Shown here one piece after another: positions 27,279-36,991 of a stretch of 55,093 bases of DNA. Each line of letters begins with the position of its first letter. Position 1 is the first letter of the stretch. The notes under the pieces were generated by a model, which was given only the letters and a program-made list of their open reading frames with translations, did not search any database and had not been told where the DNA came from. This DNA is from a bacterium BMS3Bbin09 (lineage in GTDB: Bacteria > Nitrospirota > Thermodesulfovibrionia > UBA6902): NCBI GenBank assembly GCA_002897915.1, contig BDTS01000098.1:1-55093 (forward strand), read 5' to 3'. The position numbers and the translations under genes were made by a program.

Positions 27279-27419
27279 GTAACAAAGGCATAATTCAATA
27301 CGTTTTGAATTCGATAAGATATTTTAATACGCCTGCAGCTATAGAGCATATTATTACAGATCATTCACACGTTGTCTAAAGGTATCGAGACAAAACGTTT
27401 TTCCTCATACCTTTGTTAC
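27279..27419. other. 141-nt intergenic element with three nested inverted repeats (structured RNA or MITE-like element)
   Basis: GTAACAAAGG 27279-27288 pairs with CCTTTGTTAC 27410-27419. ACGTTTTG 27300-27307 pairs with CAAAACGT 27391-27398. TCGATA 27311-27316 pairs with TATCGA 27383-27388. The internal loop is a symmetric 11/11 nt. Confidence 0.45.
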
Positions 27420-27443
27420 CGCAAGCCTTTGCCTGCACTCAGG

Positions 27444-28130
27444 TTATGGTCTGAACTCAAGAAAATACTGGTGCTCCAATATATCGTGTGTCTTTACAAG
27501 CCGATAGCCGGCTTCCTTCATTTCTGCAAGTGTAATGGCCTTTGCAAGCTTGTGAGCGCGCGGGGGTCCGACCTTTGAATCTTTATAGAAATCAACGATC
27601 ACTACCCTGCCGTCCTTTTTCAGACCTTTTGCAACAGCCTTGAAATAATTGACCCTGTCTGCGACATGGTGATATGTGTCGCAGAGAAATACCACATCAA
27701 CTGAATTCGGGGCCAGCCCGGCATTATCAGTGGGGACTACCTTTGCTTCATAATTATTTAACCCTAGTTTCTTTGCGTCTTCCTTCATGTATTTGACCAT
27801 TGACTCTTCAATGTCGAGTCCGATGGCCTTTCCTTCCGGTGCAACCGCCATAGCAAAAAGGCGTGTAAAGTAGCCTGTGCCGGCGCCTATGTCCGCGACA
27901 ACATCACCGTTCTTAAGATCCATCGCCTTTATCACTTCGGCAGGTTTCTGCCACTTTGCCCTTTCAGGGTCCTCGAATGCCTTGACCCATTTATCGATGT
28001 CTTTGAACCTCTGTTGTGTGGCAGGTTCATTCTCGTGTTTGGTCATTTGGGCGTTGCAGCCGGCCGCAAGTACTAACGATAAAAGCAAAGCGCCGCAGAA
28101 GGCTGTTATTTTAAATAAATTCTCTTTCAT
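27444..28130 (-). CDS. Class I SAM-dependent methyltransferase with a lipoprotein signal peptide
   Basis: Lipobox LAAGC after a hydrophobic N-terminus; VADIGAGTGYFT SAM motif I. Confidence 0.75.
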   Translation of the reverse strand: MKENLFKITAFCGALLLSLVLAAGCNAQMTKHENEPATQQRFKDIDKWVKAFEDPERAKWQKPAEVIKAMDLKNGDVVADIGAGTGYFTRLFAMAVAPEGKAIGLDIEESMVKYMKEDAKKLGLNNYEAKVVPTDNAGLAPNSVDVVFLCDTYHHVADRVNYFKAVAKGLKKDGRVVIVDFYKDSKVGPPRAHKLAKAITLAEMKEAGYRLVKTHDILEHQYFLEFRP

Positions 28131-28301
28131 TGCCCCTCCTTATTTGAGATGAATAATAGGTTATGTGATAGATATATTACCATAGAGAGCAGATGTGTAG
28201 GAAATAATTAACTTTGAATTTGAAATGTGAAACACAGGTCTCTTGACCGCGCTGTCTGTAACACAGTAAAATTCTATTGTAACCATGCACTATATATGTG
28301 A

Positions 28302-28310
28302 TGGTATAAA
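28302..28310 (+). promoter_or_regulatory. Extended -10-like box TGGTATAAA upstream of the 28338 ORF
   Basis: TGnTATAAa lies 27 nt before the ATG, with AAGAGGA between them. Confidence 0.3.
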
Positions 28311-28337
28311 TTTAAGCGGATTGAAAGAGGATTGAAA

Positions 28338-29078
28338 ATGAAACATATGCGCTTCCAGATCATACTCGGCCTGTCACTTATAGCCCTATCGGCACTCTTT
28401 TATTTTGTACATTATTTGATCTTTAACGACCTCCATCATATATTCATCTACCTTGTAGGCGACATCGCGTTCGTGCCCATTGAGGTACTGCTGGTGACGA
28501 TGATCCTGCACAAGCTGCTTGAGGACAGGGAGAAGAAGTCCAAGTTCAAGAAGCTCAACATGGTGATCGAGACCTTTTTCAGTGAAATGGGTATGTATTT
28601 AATAAAAATGTTCTCTGATGCGGACAGTGGTCTGGAAAGTATCAGAGATAGCTTTATGATCAGGAACAACTGGTCATCGAGTGATTTCAAAAGAGCTGCA
28701 ATACACCTGAAAAAATATGAGTTCAAGGCCGATATCAGAAAGATAGAACTGAATGACTTACATGGATACCTTGCTGAGAAAAGAGATTTCGTGATGAGGC
28801 TGCTCCAGAACCCAGTAATGCTCGAACACGAGACATTTACTGACCTGATCAGGGCGATCTTACACCTCACCGAGGAACTTGCAAGCCGTGACGGATTCGA
28901 GAACATTACAGACACTGACTATGAGCATCTCGCTGGTGATATCCAGAGGGCATACAGCAGGCTTGTGAATCAATGGATGAATTACATGGAATACCTGAAA
29001 CTGGAATATCCTTACCTATTCTCGCTTGCGATAAGGACGAACCCTTTTGATGAAAACGCAAAAGCTGCGGTTGAGTAA
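28338..29078 (+). CDS. Membrane protein of unknown function (two N-terminal TM helices plus a soluble helical domain)
   Basis: Hydrophobic FQIILGLSLIALSALFYFV and IAFVPIEVLLVTMIL. No family recognised. Confidence 0.5.
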   Translation: MKHMRFQIILGLSLIALSALFYFVHYLIFNDLHHIFIYLVGDIAFVPIEVLLVTMILHKLLEDREKKSKFKKLNMVIETFFSEMGMYLIKMFSDADSGLESIRDSFMIRNNWSSSDFKRAAIHLKKYEFKADIRKIELNDLHGYLAEKRDFVMRLLQNPVMLEHETFTDLIRAILHLTEELASRDGFENITDTDYEHLAGDIQRAYSRLVNQWMNYMEYLKLEYPYLFSLAIRTNPFDENAKAAVE

Positions 29079-29090
29079 ACGGAGAATGAT

Positions 29091-30821
29091 ATGACATTGA
29101 AACTGGCTGACTGGAGAAGAGACTGGACATTAATGAGCGCCTTCTTTTACGGAGACGAGATAGCGCTGATACACGAAAAGCTCAAGAACCTGAAGATCGA
29201 AAACCTTGCCTATTGCTCTTTTGAGAACAGATTTGCAAGGGCCGGAGGACTGGCCGCCGTGACCACAAATATTCTACCGTATTTAAAAGAGGTCAACAAT
29301 ATCGGGGCCGTTCTTTTACTCACCCCCTATTATCCCGATCTCATGAACAAAAGTAAGCTTCGGCCCACAGGGATCAGTTTCGCGGTCAATTTCAACAGAA
29401 AGACCATTCATGTCGAAATATATAAATATACCTGGAGATACAAAAGCCCTGTCAGGGGAAGTCTGCCCGAATATTACCTTAAGGCCGACGGCTTTTTTGA
29501 GGTTAAAGACAAGAGCAAGGACCCATATATATATAATGAGCAGGATAGTAAAGCTAATGACGTTGCCCTGAGCAAAAATGCTGTCTTCTTTTCACTTGCA
29601 GTTCCTCTTGCGATGAAGGCGCTCGGCATAAGGAAAGATATCGTTTTCCATCTGCATGAGTGGCAGACCTCGCTCATATCGCTCACAGCCAAAGAGGCAA
29701 TGTTGAACGGAACCCTCGAGTCGTGCGGAACTCTCCAGACGATTCACAATTCTTTTGATTCTCCGGTCTCCTGGAGGCTCTTGACGGGTATCATGGACAG
29801 GTCGAGGAAACAGAAGCTTGCTGAATTCCCCGGTGAAGACCTGTCAGCCTACCAGATAGGCCTTGGGCTTGTAGACGCACCCATTACAACTGTAAGTACT
29901 AACTTTGCCGCTGAATTCACGACAGATGTCCTGATGACCGAACATTTCGCGCCTCACCTTCAGAGCATATTCAGAAAAAGCAGTGTGTACGGGATCAATA
30001 ACGGTACATTCGTCAGTATCTCGGATAAATATCCCAAAAAGGAAACTCATACTATTGAAGAGGTCCGCGCGATCAAACTGAAAAGGAGAAAGTCGCTGTT
30101 GAGTATCCTTAGCAGATATAAACCCGAAGAGAGGTTTGGTGAACTGACATATCAGGGCGGAAGCATAACCAGGCTGCCGGACAATGTTCCTATTGTTGTT
30201 ATGAGCGGGAGACTCGACCCGCTGCAGAAGGGATATGATATTTTTCTCAGGGCGATCGAGCAGTTTCAAGAGGACGAGATAAAGGTGATACTTACACCGA
30301 TGCCAGTGGACTATTCGGACCTGGATTACTTTTATGAAGCTGCCTGTAAGTGTAAAGGTAATATCACTGTATTTCCTTTCAAGATGCAGAGGGGATACCG
30401 GGAACTTCAGGAAGGCGCCACATTCGGAGTAATGCCTTCAATATATGAACCATTCGGCGCTGCGGTCGAATACATGGCAAGCGGAACCGTGAATATAGGC
30501 AGGGCTACCGGGGGGCTTGTGGACCAAATAAGCAGGAACTGCGGATTTTTGTACAGGGAAGACGCTGTTTTCTACACCCTTGAGAATATAACTGCTTTCA
30601 TCGAATCAGCCGACATTGTACAGATGAGAAAAACGAACCCATGGGCCGAAAGCATGGCCGATAATCTTTATGATGTAATGAAGAAGGCCATAAATGTATA
30701 TATTAATCATCCGGAGAAATATTACAAAATGGTCCTGAATGGATTTGAGAAGGCCGAAGGATTCAGTTGGGGAGTCAATGCCAAACAATATTATCAGGTT
30801 TACGATATGATCAGATCCTAA
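29091..30821 (+). CDS. Glycogen/starch synthase-like glycosyltransferase (GT5-like, divergent)
   Basis: ARAGGLAAVTTNILP (compare the K-T-GGL motif), HLHEWQT, MSGRLDPLQKG, PSIYEPFGAAVEYMASG. GGAG SD before the ATG. Confidence 0.65.
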   Translation: MTLKLADWRRDWTLMSAFFYGDEIALIHEKLKNLKIENLAYCSFENRFARAGGLAAVTTNILPYLKEVNNIGAVLLLTPYYPDLMNKSKLRPTGISFAVNFNRKTIHVEIYKYTWRYKSPVRGSLPEYYLKADGFFEVKDKSKDPYIYNEQDSKANDVALSKNAVFFSLAVPLAMKALGIRKDIVFHLHEWQTSLISLTAKEAMLNGTLESCGTLQTIHNSFDSPVSWRLLTGIMDRSRKQKLAEFPGEDLSAYQIGLGLVDAPITTVSTNFAAEFTTDVLMTEHFAPHLQSIFRKSSVYGINNGTFVSISDKYPKKETHTIEEVRAIKLKRRKSLLSILSRYKPEERFGELTYQGGSITRLPDNVPIVVMSGRLDPLQKGYDIFLRAIEQFQEDEIKVILTPMPVDYSDLDYFYEAACKCKGNITVFPFKMQRGYRELQEGATFGVMPSIYEPFGAAVEYMASGTVNIGRATGGLVDQISRNCGFLYREDAVFYTLENITAFIESADIVQMRKTNPWAESMADNLYDVMKKAINVYINHPEKYYKMVLNGFEKAEGFSWGVNAKQYYQVYDMIRS

Positions 30822-30834
30822 TCCCTTCTCCACT

Positions 30835-31461
30835 TTACTCCAGAGACGCAAGATACTCCTTTGTATTTGCCTTTATACTGCCACTCAGAATACCAGAAGC
30901 TATGGCAGCGGCATCAGCGCCTGACATCAATACTTCTCTGATATTGCTGCTCGTGATCCCGCCTATAGCGACTATAGGGATCTTGATATGTGCCCTCACC
31001 TTCTGCAGTGCCTTCAGGCCCTTGGGCTTTCCCGCATCCTTTGTGTTGGTATGAAAGACCGGGCCGAAGCCGATATAGTCTGCCCCTTCAGCTTCCGCCT
31101 TTTGAGCCTGTCCAAGAGTGTGTGTTGATATGCCTATGATCTTTTTCCTGCCCATTATCCTTCTCGCCTCAATAAGCGGCATATCTTCCTGTCCGAGATG
31201 TACCCCGTCCGCGTCAACGGCAAGCGCTATATCAATATGGTCATTGATGATAAGGGCCGCCCTCTGTTTTGCGGTGAGCGCCCTCATGGCAAGCGCCTCT
31301 TTATAAATATCCTTTTTGGGCACGCATTTCTCTCTTAATTGAATTATCCTTATGCCGGAGCTCAATGCCTGTCTGGTGATCTGAACATGTGTAAGTCCGG
31401 TATGCGCGTCAGTAAGGAGATATAAAAGAACTGTTTTAGTGATCAGTTTCTTGAAGATCAT
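30835..31461 (-). CDS. thiE: Thiamine-phosphate synthase
   Basis: LYLLTD...IQLREK, DGVHLGQED, GFGPVF, VAIGGI. Confidence 0.85.
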   Translation of the reverse strand: MIFKKLITKTVLLYLLTDAHTGLTHVQITRQALSSGIRIIQLREKCVPKKDIYKEALAMRALTAKQRAALIINDHIDIALAVDADGVHLGQEDMPLIEARRIMGRKKIIGISTHTLGQAQKAEAEGADYIGFGPVFHTNTKDAGKPKGLKALQKVRAHIKIPIVAIGGITSSNIREVLMSGADAAAIASGILSGSIKANTKEYLASLE

Positions 31462-31500
31462 TGAAAGGGACCTGAGTTTGCTCTTGCTTGTACAAATATG

Positions 31501-32850
31501 CTATTTGAACTTTTTGCTATTTTCTATAAAATGGGTATTGAATTTGCCGCTCAGGAAAACAGGATCGTTGAGGAGCTTCATATAAAAGGGTATTGTTGTT
31601 TTGATGCCCTCGATCACGAATTCATGGAGGGCCCTTTTCATTATATTAATAGCATCATCTCTGTCAGATCCATGTACTATCAGTTTTGCGATAAGCGAAT
31701 CATAAAAGATCGGCACATTCCATCCAGTAAAGGCAGCCGTGTCGACCCTTACTCCCTGGCCGCCGGGCGGAATGAACAGGGAAATGGTTCCTGGCGATGG
31801 AATGAATGTCTCAGGGTCCTCGGCGTTTATCCTGCATTCTATACTGTGCCCGGAAAACGTTATCTCGTCCTGCTTCAGGGTCATGGTCTGTCCGGCGGCG
31901 ATCTTTATCTGTTCCTTTACTATATCAATGCCGGTTATCATTTCGGTGATCGGGTGTTCAACCTGGACCCTGGTATTTATTTCCATAAAGTAAAGATTGC
32001 CCTCATTGTCGAGAATGAATTCGATCGTGCCGACATTAACATAGTTCATTGCCTTTGCGGCTTTTATTGCCAACGCGCCTATTTTATTTCTGAACTCTGC
32101 ATCAGCTAAAATGAACGGGGCCTCTTCTATAAGTTTCTGGTGCCTTCTCTGTATGGAGCAGTCCCTCTCACCGAGGTGTATGGTGTTCCCCTCGTTATCG
32201 GAAATGATCTGTACTTCTATGTGCCTCATATCGGATATGTATTTTTCTATATACATTTCACCGTTCCCGAAAGCGGCCAGCGCCTCTTTTTGGGCGGTAT
32301 GATACAGGTTGACGAGGTCCTCCTGTTTTTCTACTATGCGCATTCCTTTTCCGCCGCCGCCGGCTGAAGCCTTGAGAATGACCGGGAACTTTATCTTCTT
32401 TGCGATCTTCATGGCTTCTTTGTCGTTGGTTATAGGGGTTTCGCTGCCCGGCACGACAGGGACGCCGTGTTTTTCCATTATCTCTCTTGCCTTTGATTTG
32501 TCACCGCCGTTGCGTATGCACTCCACTGGTGGACCGATGAATGTAATATTCGATGCAACACATGCCTCGACAAATTGGGGGTTTTCGGCAAGGAACCCGT
32601 AGCCCGGGTGGATTGCTTCAGCATTCGTGATCTCGGCGGCTGTGATGATCGCGGGGATGTTCAGGTAGCTCTGTGCTGATTTAGCGGGCCCGATGCAGAT
32701 CGCCTCGTCAGCAAGGCGGACAGGCAAAGTGTTTTTATCCACATCGGAATAAACGATAGCTGTTCTGATGCCGAGTTCACGGCATGCGCGTATTACTCTT
32801 AACGCGATCTCGCCTCTGTTAGCTATAAGGACTTTCTTAAATAGGCTCAT
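31501..32850 (-). CDS. accC: Acetyl-CoA carboxylase biotin carboxylase subunit
   Basis: [21 protein letters not shown]-grasp [19 protein letters not shown]. Confidence 0.95.
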   Translation of the reverse strand: MSLFKKVLIANRGEIALRVIRACRELGIRTAIVYSDVDKNTLPVRLADEAICIGPAKSAQSYLNIPAIITAAEITNAEAIHPGYGFLAENPQFVEACVASNITFIGPPVECIRNGGDKSKAREIMEKHGVPVVPGSETPITNDKEAMKIAKKIKFPVILKASAGGGGKGMRIVEKQEDLVNLYHTAQKEALAAFGNGEMYIEKYISDMRHIEVQIISDNEGNTIHLGERDCSIQRRHQKLIEEAPFILADAEFRNKIGALAIKAAKAMNYVNVGTIEFILDNEGNLYFMEINTRVQVEHPITEMITGIDIVKEQIKIAAGQTMTLKQDEITFSGHSIECRINAEDPETFIPSPGTISLFIPPGGQGVRVDTAAFTGWNVPIFYDSLIAKLIVHGSDRDDAINIMKRALHEFVIEGIKTTIPFYMKLLNDPVFLSGKFNTHFIENSKKFK

Positions 32851-33284
32851 GATGGATCTATGAGAAAAAGTGGTTCACCGTATTCAACGGGATGGCCGTT
32901 CTCTACAAGTACTTTTGCTATTGTGCCGTCCGTATCGCTCTCGATCTCATTCATAAGCTTCATGGCCTCGACAATACACAAGACCTGCCCTTTGGTTACC
33001 TTGGTGCCGACAGTGACAAAAGGCGGGGATTCAGGTGACTGAGCACTGAAATATATCCCGACAATGGGTGAATTGATCATAACAAGAGCTTGGTCCTCAA
33101 CAGACCCGGCCATTTTCCCGCCAGGTTCGGCAGCAGGCTTGCTGACATGGGTTGAAGGCTCAAAAGCAGTCATAAACTTCTCTCTCTTGATCTTGAGCTT
33201 TGAACCCTCTTTCTCGATCTGAAGTTCTGTTATGTCGGAATCCTGTAAAAGTTCTATTAAATTTTTGATCTCATCAAGTTCCAT
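32847..33284 (-). CDS. accB: Biotin carboxyl carrier protein
   Basis: [10 protein letters not shown] biotinylation motif; 4-nt overlap with accC. Confidence 0.9.
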   Translation of the reverse strand: MELDEIKNLIELLQDSDITELQIEKEGSKLKIKREKFMTAFEPSTHVSKPAAEPGGKMAGSVEDQALVMINSPIVGIYFSAQSPESPPFVTVGTKVTKGQVLCIVEAMKLMNEIESDTDGTIAKVLVENGHPVEYGEPLFLIDPS

Positions 33285-33322
33285 TAGATGCTCCGTTTAT
33301 ATTCTTTATTCAGTTTAAATTC

Positions 33323-33375
33323 TTTGCTGACAGCTGACACCTGCCTGCCGGCAGGCAGGGCTGATAGCTGAAAGC
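33323..33375 (-). repeat. REP-like element with a perfect 20-bp palindrome core directly after the efp stop
   Basis: Core CCTGCCTGCCGGCAGGCAGG at 33340-33359. It is flanked by GCTGACAGCTGACA and GCTGATAGCTGAAAGC, and shares motifs with 13194-13268 and 3938-3957. Confidence 0.6.
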
Positions 33376-33936
33376 TTATTTCACACGTTCAATATATTCC
33401 GAAGTCCTTGTATCAATCTTAATAACATCACCTTCATTAAGATGAAAAGGCACCTTAACGGTAAGACCTGATTCGAGCAGAGCCGGCTTGCTTCCGCCGC
33501 TGGCAGTATCACCCTTGAATCCGGGATCTGTTTTAGCTATTTTCAGCTCAACGAACATAGGGACCTCTACAGTAAGCGGCTCGCCGCTGTAGAACAACAT
33601 CTTCGCTTCCATGTTCTCTATCAGGAATTTCATTGCGTCTCCCAGATGTTCGCTTGTCAGAGGGATCTGCTCATATGTTTCATTGTCCATGAAATAATAA
33701 AGGTCTTCTTCTTTATACAGGTACTGCATCTTTTTTTCATCAAGCTTCGGGGTCTCGAATTTTTCGCCGCCCTTAAAGGAATCATCAAAGATACTCCCTG
33801 TTTTCATGTTCTTTAGCTTGGTCCTTACGATCGCGCCTCCCCTTCCCATCTTATGATGCTGGAAGTCTACGATCTCGTGCGGAGCATTTTTGTATTGGAT
33901 CTTTGCGCCTTTTCTGAAGTCACTGGTTGATATCAA
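33376..33936 (-). CDS. efp: Elongation factor P
   Basis: ISTSDFRKG...HHKMGRGGAIVRTKLKN is the canonical EF-P sequence. Confidence 0.95.
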   Translation of the reverse strand: MISTSDFRKGAKIQYKNAPHEIVDFQHHKMGRGGAIVRTKLKNMKTGSIFDDSFKGGEKFETPKLDEKKMQYLYKEEDLYYFMDNETYEQIPLTSEHLGDAMKFLIENMEAKMLFYSGEPLTVEVPMFVELKIAKTDPGFKGDTASGGSKPALLESGLTVKVPFHLNEGDVIKIDTRTSEYIERVK

Positions 33937-35013
33937 TTATTGCCTCTCTATTATTTTTAATTTTTTTGACAGGGTATTCAGGGATTTTGCGCCGTGCTTC
34001 GTTACCACGACCAAGTCCTCTATTCTGACTCCCCCGAATCCCGGCAGATATATGCCGGGCTCTACGGTAAATACCATGTTTTCTTTTAATATCTCTTTAG
34101 TGCGCCATGATACATTAGGATCTTCATGTACTTCAAGCCCGACTCCGTGTCCTGTGCCGTGTCCGAAAAATTCATTGTATCCTTTATCATTGATATGATC
34201 CCTTGCAGCGGCATCTACTATCGCGGCTGCAATTCCTGGTTTGATGGAATTTACGGCCCTCTTATGCGCCTCAAGGACTATGTTATAGAGTTCCTTCTGC
34301 CTGGATATGTTCTTTCCATTAAGAAGCACGGTCCTTGTCATATCCGAATAGTAACCCCCGCACTCGCCACCCCAGTCAAATACCACCAGGTCCCCCTCTT
34401 TCAGGGCCTTGCCGGTTGGTTTCGCATGCGGTAGGGCCGACATAAAACCAGAAGCTACTATAACCCCAAAAGGCAGGGTTTTGCAACCTTCCTGTTTAAG
34501 TAATGCCTCGAGTTTTAATGCGAGATTATCTTCAGTTACGCCTGTTTTTATAAAGGGCGCGAGCTTTCTGAACGCGGCCTCGGCCCTCTTAACAGCCGTC
34601 TTCATAAATGAGAGTTCCGCAGGTGTCTTGACCACCCTCAGTGATTCGACCACGCCGGTCAGGGCTTTGAGCTTAATTTTCCTTTTTGAGAATTTATTAT
34701 AGTATGAGTATGGTACGTTGTGGTCCTCGAAACCAAGTGTCCTGATCCCGTACTTATCGGTTATTTCCTTTATCTCCCTGGAGCGTTCATTATACTCGAT
34801 CATGATCTTAAAGCCCTTCACCTCGTCTAACGCCTGTTCCTTGTAGCGGAAGTCGGTGACAAACAACGCGTGTTTGGAGGTAATAATAATATAGCCGGAA
34901 GTACCGGTGAAGCCAGTCAGGTATCTTACATTGAAAAGGTCGGTGATAAGTATGCCATCGACCCCTAATGTAGAAAGCTTCTTTCTAAGAATGGCCTTTT
35001 TTTGCATTAGCAA
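33937..35013 (-). CDS. pepP: Xaa-Pro aminopeptidase (M24B)
   Basis: Creatinase-like N-domain, then [29 protein letters not shown] and EPGIY metal ligands. Confidence 0.85.
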   Translation of the reverse strand: MLMQKKAILRKKLSTLGVDGILITDLFNVRYLTGFTGTSGYIIITSKHALFVTDFRYKEQALDEVKGFKIMIEYNERSREIKEITDKYGIRTLGFEDHNVPYSYYNKFSKRKIKLKALTGVVESLRVVKTPAELSFMKTAVKRAEAAFRKLAPFIKTGVTEDNLALKLEALLKQEGCKTLPFGVIVASGFMSALPHAKPTGKALKEGDLVVFDWGGECGGYYSDMTRTVLLNGKNISRQKELYNIVLEAHKRAVNSIKPGIAAAIVDAAARDHINDKGYNEFFGHGTGHGVGLEVHEDPNVSWRTKEILKENMVFTVEPGIYLPGFGGVRIEDLVVVTKHGAKSLNTLSKKLKIIERQ

Positions 35014-35431
35014 TCGTTACAGCGGCCCTCAGGCCCAGGAGATAGCTTTCAGGACCGAATCCCGATATCTGTCCATGCGCAACCGATGAGATCAATGATT
35101 TGTGCCTGAACTCTTCTCTCTTGTAGATATTTGAGATATGGATCTCAATGGCCGGAATATCAACTGCTGATATCGCGTCCCTTATCGCGACACTTGTATG
35201 TGTATATGCGGCAGGATTAATAACCAGCGCCGCGTAATCTTTTGAGTTGTGTATCAGGTCTACTATTTCACCTTCATGGTTCGACTGGCTGATCGTGACC
35301 TCTACATTGAGTTCTTTCGCAAGTTTCTCTATTGATGCGTTTATATCATCAAGAGTCATTGTCCCGTATATGTCATTTTCCCTTGTACCAAGGAGATTAA
35401 GGTTTGGACCGTTTATAACCAGAATTTTCAT
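34985..35431 (-). CDS. aroQ: Type II 3-dehydroquinate dehydratase
   Basis: [40 protein letters not shown]. Confidence 0.9.
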   Translation of the reverse strand: MKILVINGPNLNLLGTRENDIYGTMTLDDINASIEKLAKELNVEVTISQSNHEGEIVDLIHNSKDYAALVINPAAYTHTSVAIRDAISAVDIPAIEIHISNIYKREEFRHKSLISSVAHGQISGFGPESYLLGLRAAVTIANAKKGHS

Positions 35432-35527
35432 TTAACTTCTCCTTTTAAATGTATACCTTGTCAGACGTTCAGATATTTTAGCATAGATAAGGTCTATAAG
35501 ACATATTAGACTTATCTTCAACATTTC

Positions 35528-35556
35528 GGGTAAAATTCCTTAGAGGAATTTTACCC
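35528..35556 (+). promoter_or_regulatory. Perfect 12-bp-stem hairpin abutting the start codon and sequestering the SD of the dihaem cytochrome gene
   Basis: GGGTAAAATTCC-ttaga-GGAATTTTACCC followed immediately by the ATG (35557). AGAGGA (35542-35547) spans the loop and 3' arm. Confidence 0.55.
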
Positions 35557-35769
35557 ATGAAAAAACAAATACTTTATTTCGCGCTTATTTGTACTGTACC
35601 GGCAATTCTGTACATCCTGTCACTGGAGAAGGTGATTCCAACTCCTGTTGATGAAACGCATATAGGAATTACAGAAGAGGTCCAGTGTTTTGATTGCCAC
35701 GGTGCTGGCGAGGATTACGCCAGGAATAAAGAACATCCCCCGAAGGATCAATGCTTTAAGTGTCATTAA
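35557..35769 (+). CDS. Small membrane-anchored dihaem c-type cytochrome
   Basis: N-terminal TM/signal ILYFALICTVPAILYILSL; two CxxCH motifs (CFDCH, CFKCH). Confidence 0.6.
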   Translation: MKKQILYFALICTVPAILYILSLEKVIPTPVDETHIGITEEVQCFDCHGAGEDYARNKEHPPKDQCFKCH

Positions 35770-35787
35770 GTTCACATGTGAACTTAA
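35766..35787. terminator. Perfect 22-bp palindrome TTAAGTTCACATGTGAACTTAA overlapping the cytochrome stop codon, between convergent genes
   Basis: Self-complementary at all positions. Lies between convergent 35557-35769 (+) and coaBC (-). No U-tract, so terminator function is uncertain. Confidence 0.4.
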
Positions 35788-35808
35788 CAGCTGGTAGGTA
35801 TGAAGTAT

Positions 35809-36984
35809 TTACTTCTTCAACTCTACGATCTTATCAAGGATAACATCCACAGCCTTGATCTTTTGCATGAGGGGATATTCTGAAACATCGCCCTTTTTTG
35901 TGATGATGGTGATGATGTTGGTATCAACATCAAAACCCGCACCCTTTTTGGTCACATCATTAAGGACAATAAGGTCGAGGTTCTTGTTTTTGAGCTTATT
36001 TTTGGCATTAGCAACGTTATTGCCTGTTTCAGCGGCAAAGCCGATAAGGGTGAACTTACGCTTCATTTTGCCGAGTTTCCGGAGGATATCTGTATTCTTC
36101 TTTAAATCCAGCGCATTAACCTCTTTTTTATCAAGCTTTACATTAGCTTTTGAGGAGGGCCTGAAATCAGCGACAGCAGCAGCCATAATAACTGCAGTTG
36201 TCTTTGGAAGATGCTTCAAAAGAGCGGTCTCCATCTGGGACGCAGTCTCAATATTAATTAAAGTTGCGCCTGATACCGGTTTCTGGTGAGAAGGCCCGCT
36301 TATAAGTGTAACATCCGCACCGCGTCTGACAGCGGCCCGTGCAACGGCGTACCCCATTTTGCCAGAGGAACGGTTCGAGATATATCTTACAGGGTCTATT
36401 GGCTCTATGGTCGGTCCGGCAGTAACAAGGATCTTCTGTCCGGATAAGTCCTTGGTTGCCAGTGCGGATATGGCCGCTTCTACGATCTCCGGGACCTCGG
36501 ACATCCTGCCGATATCTTCTTCACCGCAGGCAAGGCTGCCTGATACAGGGCCGACAAAATCAACCCCGTGTTTTTTCATTTCTTTAATATTCTTCTGCAC
36601 GAGTCTGTTGCGGTACATACGGGCGTTCATAGCTGGCGCGATAAGTGCCTTGCCTTCATACGCAAGCCAGATATTGCTGATAAGATTGTCCGCAATCCCG
36701 CAGGAGAGCTTGTTTATTGTGTTGGCGGTTGCAGGAGCGATTATAAACAGATCCGTTTCGCTCGGGAGATTGAGATGGTCAAAAGGATCTTTGAACAGAT
36801 CAATATGAACCGGCCTGCCAGTCACTGATTCGAGTGTGTAGGGGCTTATAAAGCGGGCCGCTGCTTCTGTCATTACAACATTGACGCTTGCGCCCTCTTC
36901 CATCAAGCGCCGCGCCAGATCAACGGATTTATAAGCGGCTATACTTCCGGTGATACCCAGAAGTATATTCTTCCTGGTAAGCAC
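35809..36984 (-). CDS. coaBC: Bifunctional phosphopantothenoylcysteine decarboxylase / phosphopantothenate--cysteine ligase
   Basis: ILLGITGSIAAYK flavoprotein N-domain and ISNRSSGKMG CoaB motif. Confidence 0.9.
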   Translation of the reverse strand: MLTRKNILLGITGSIAAYKSVDLARRLMEEGASVNVVMTEAAARFISPYTLESVTGRPVHIDLFKDPFDHLNLPSETDLFIIAPATANTINKLSCGIADNLISNIWLAYEGKALIAPAMNARMYRNRLVQKNIKEMKKHGVDFVGPVSGSLACGEEDIGRMSEVPEIVEAAISALATKDLSGQKILVTAGPTIEPIDPVRYISNRSSGKMGYAVARAAVRRGADVTLISGPSHQKPVSGATLINIETASQMETALLKHLPKTTAVIMAAAVADFRPSSKANVKLDKKEVNALDLKKNTDILRKLGKMKRKFTLIGFAAETGNNVANAKNKLKNKNLDLIVLNDVTKKGAGFDVDTNIITIITKKGDVSEYPLMQKIKAVDVILDKIVELKK

Positions 36985-36991
36985 TTATTTA

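Noticed and set aside
28302-28325. TGGTATAAATTTAAGCGGATTGAA, which shares TGGTATAA and AAGCGGATT with the repeat family.
   Set aside because: The modules are in the wrong order and the rest of the element is absent. It is treated only as an ordinary extended -10 promoter candidate.
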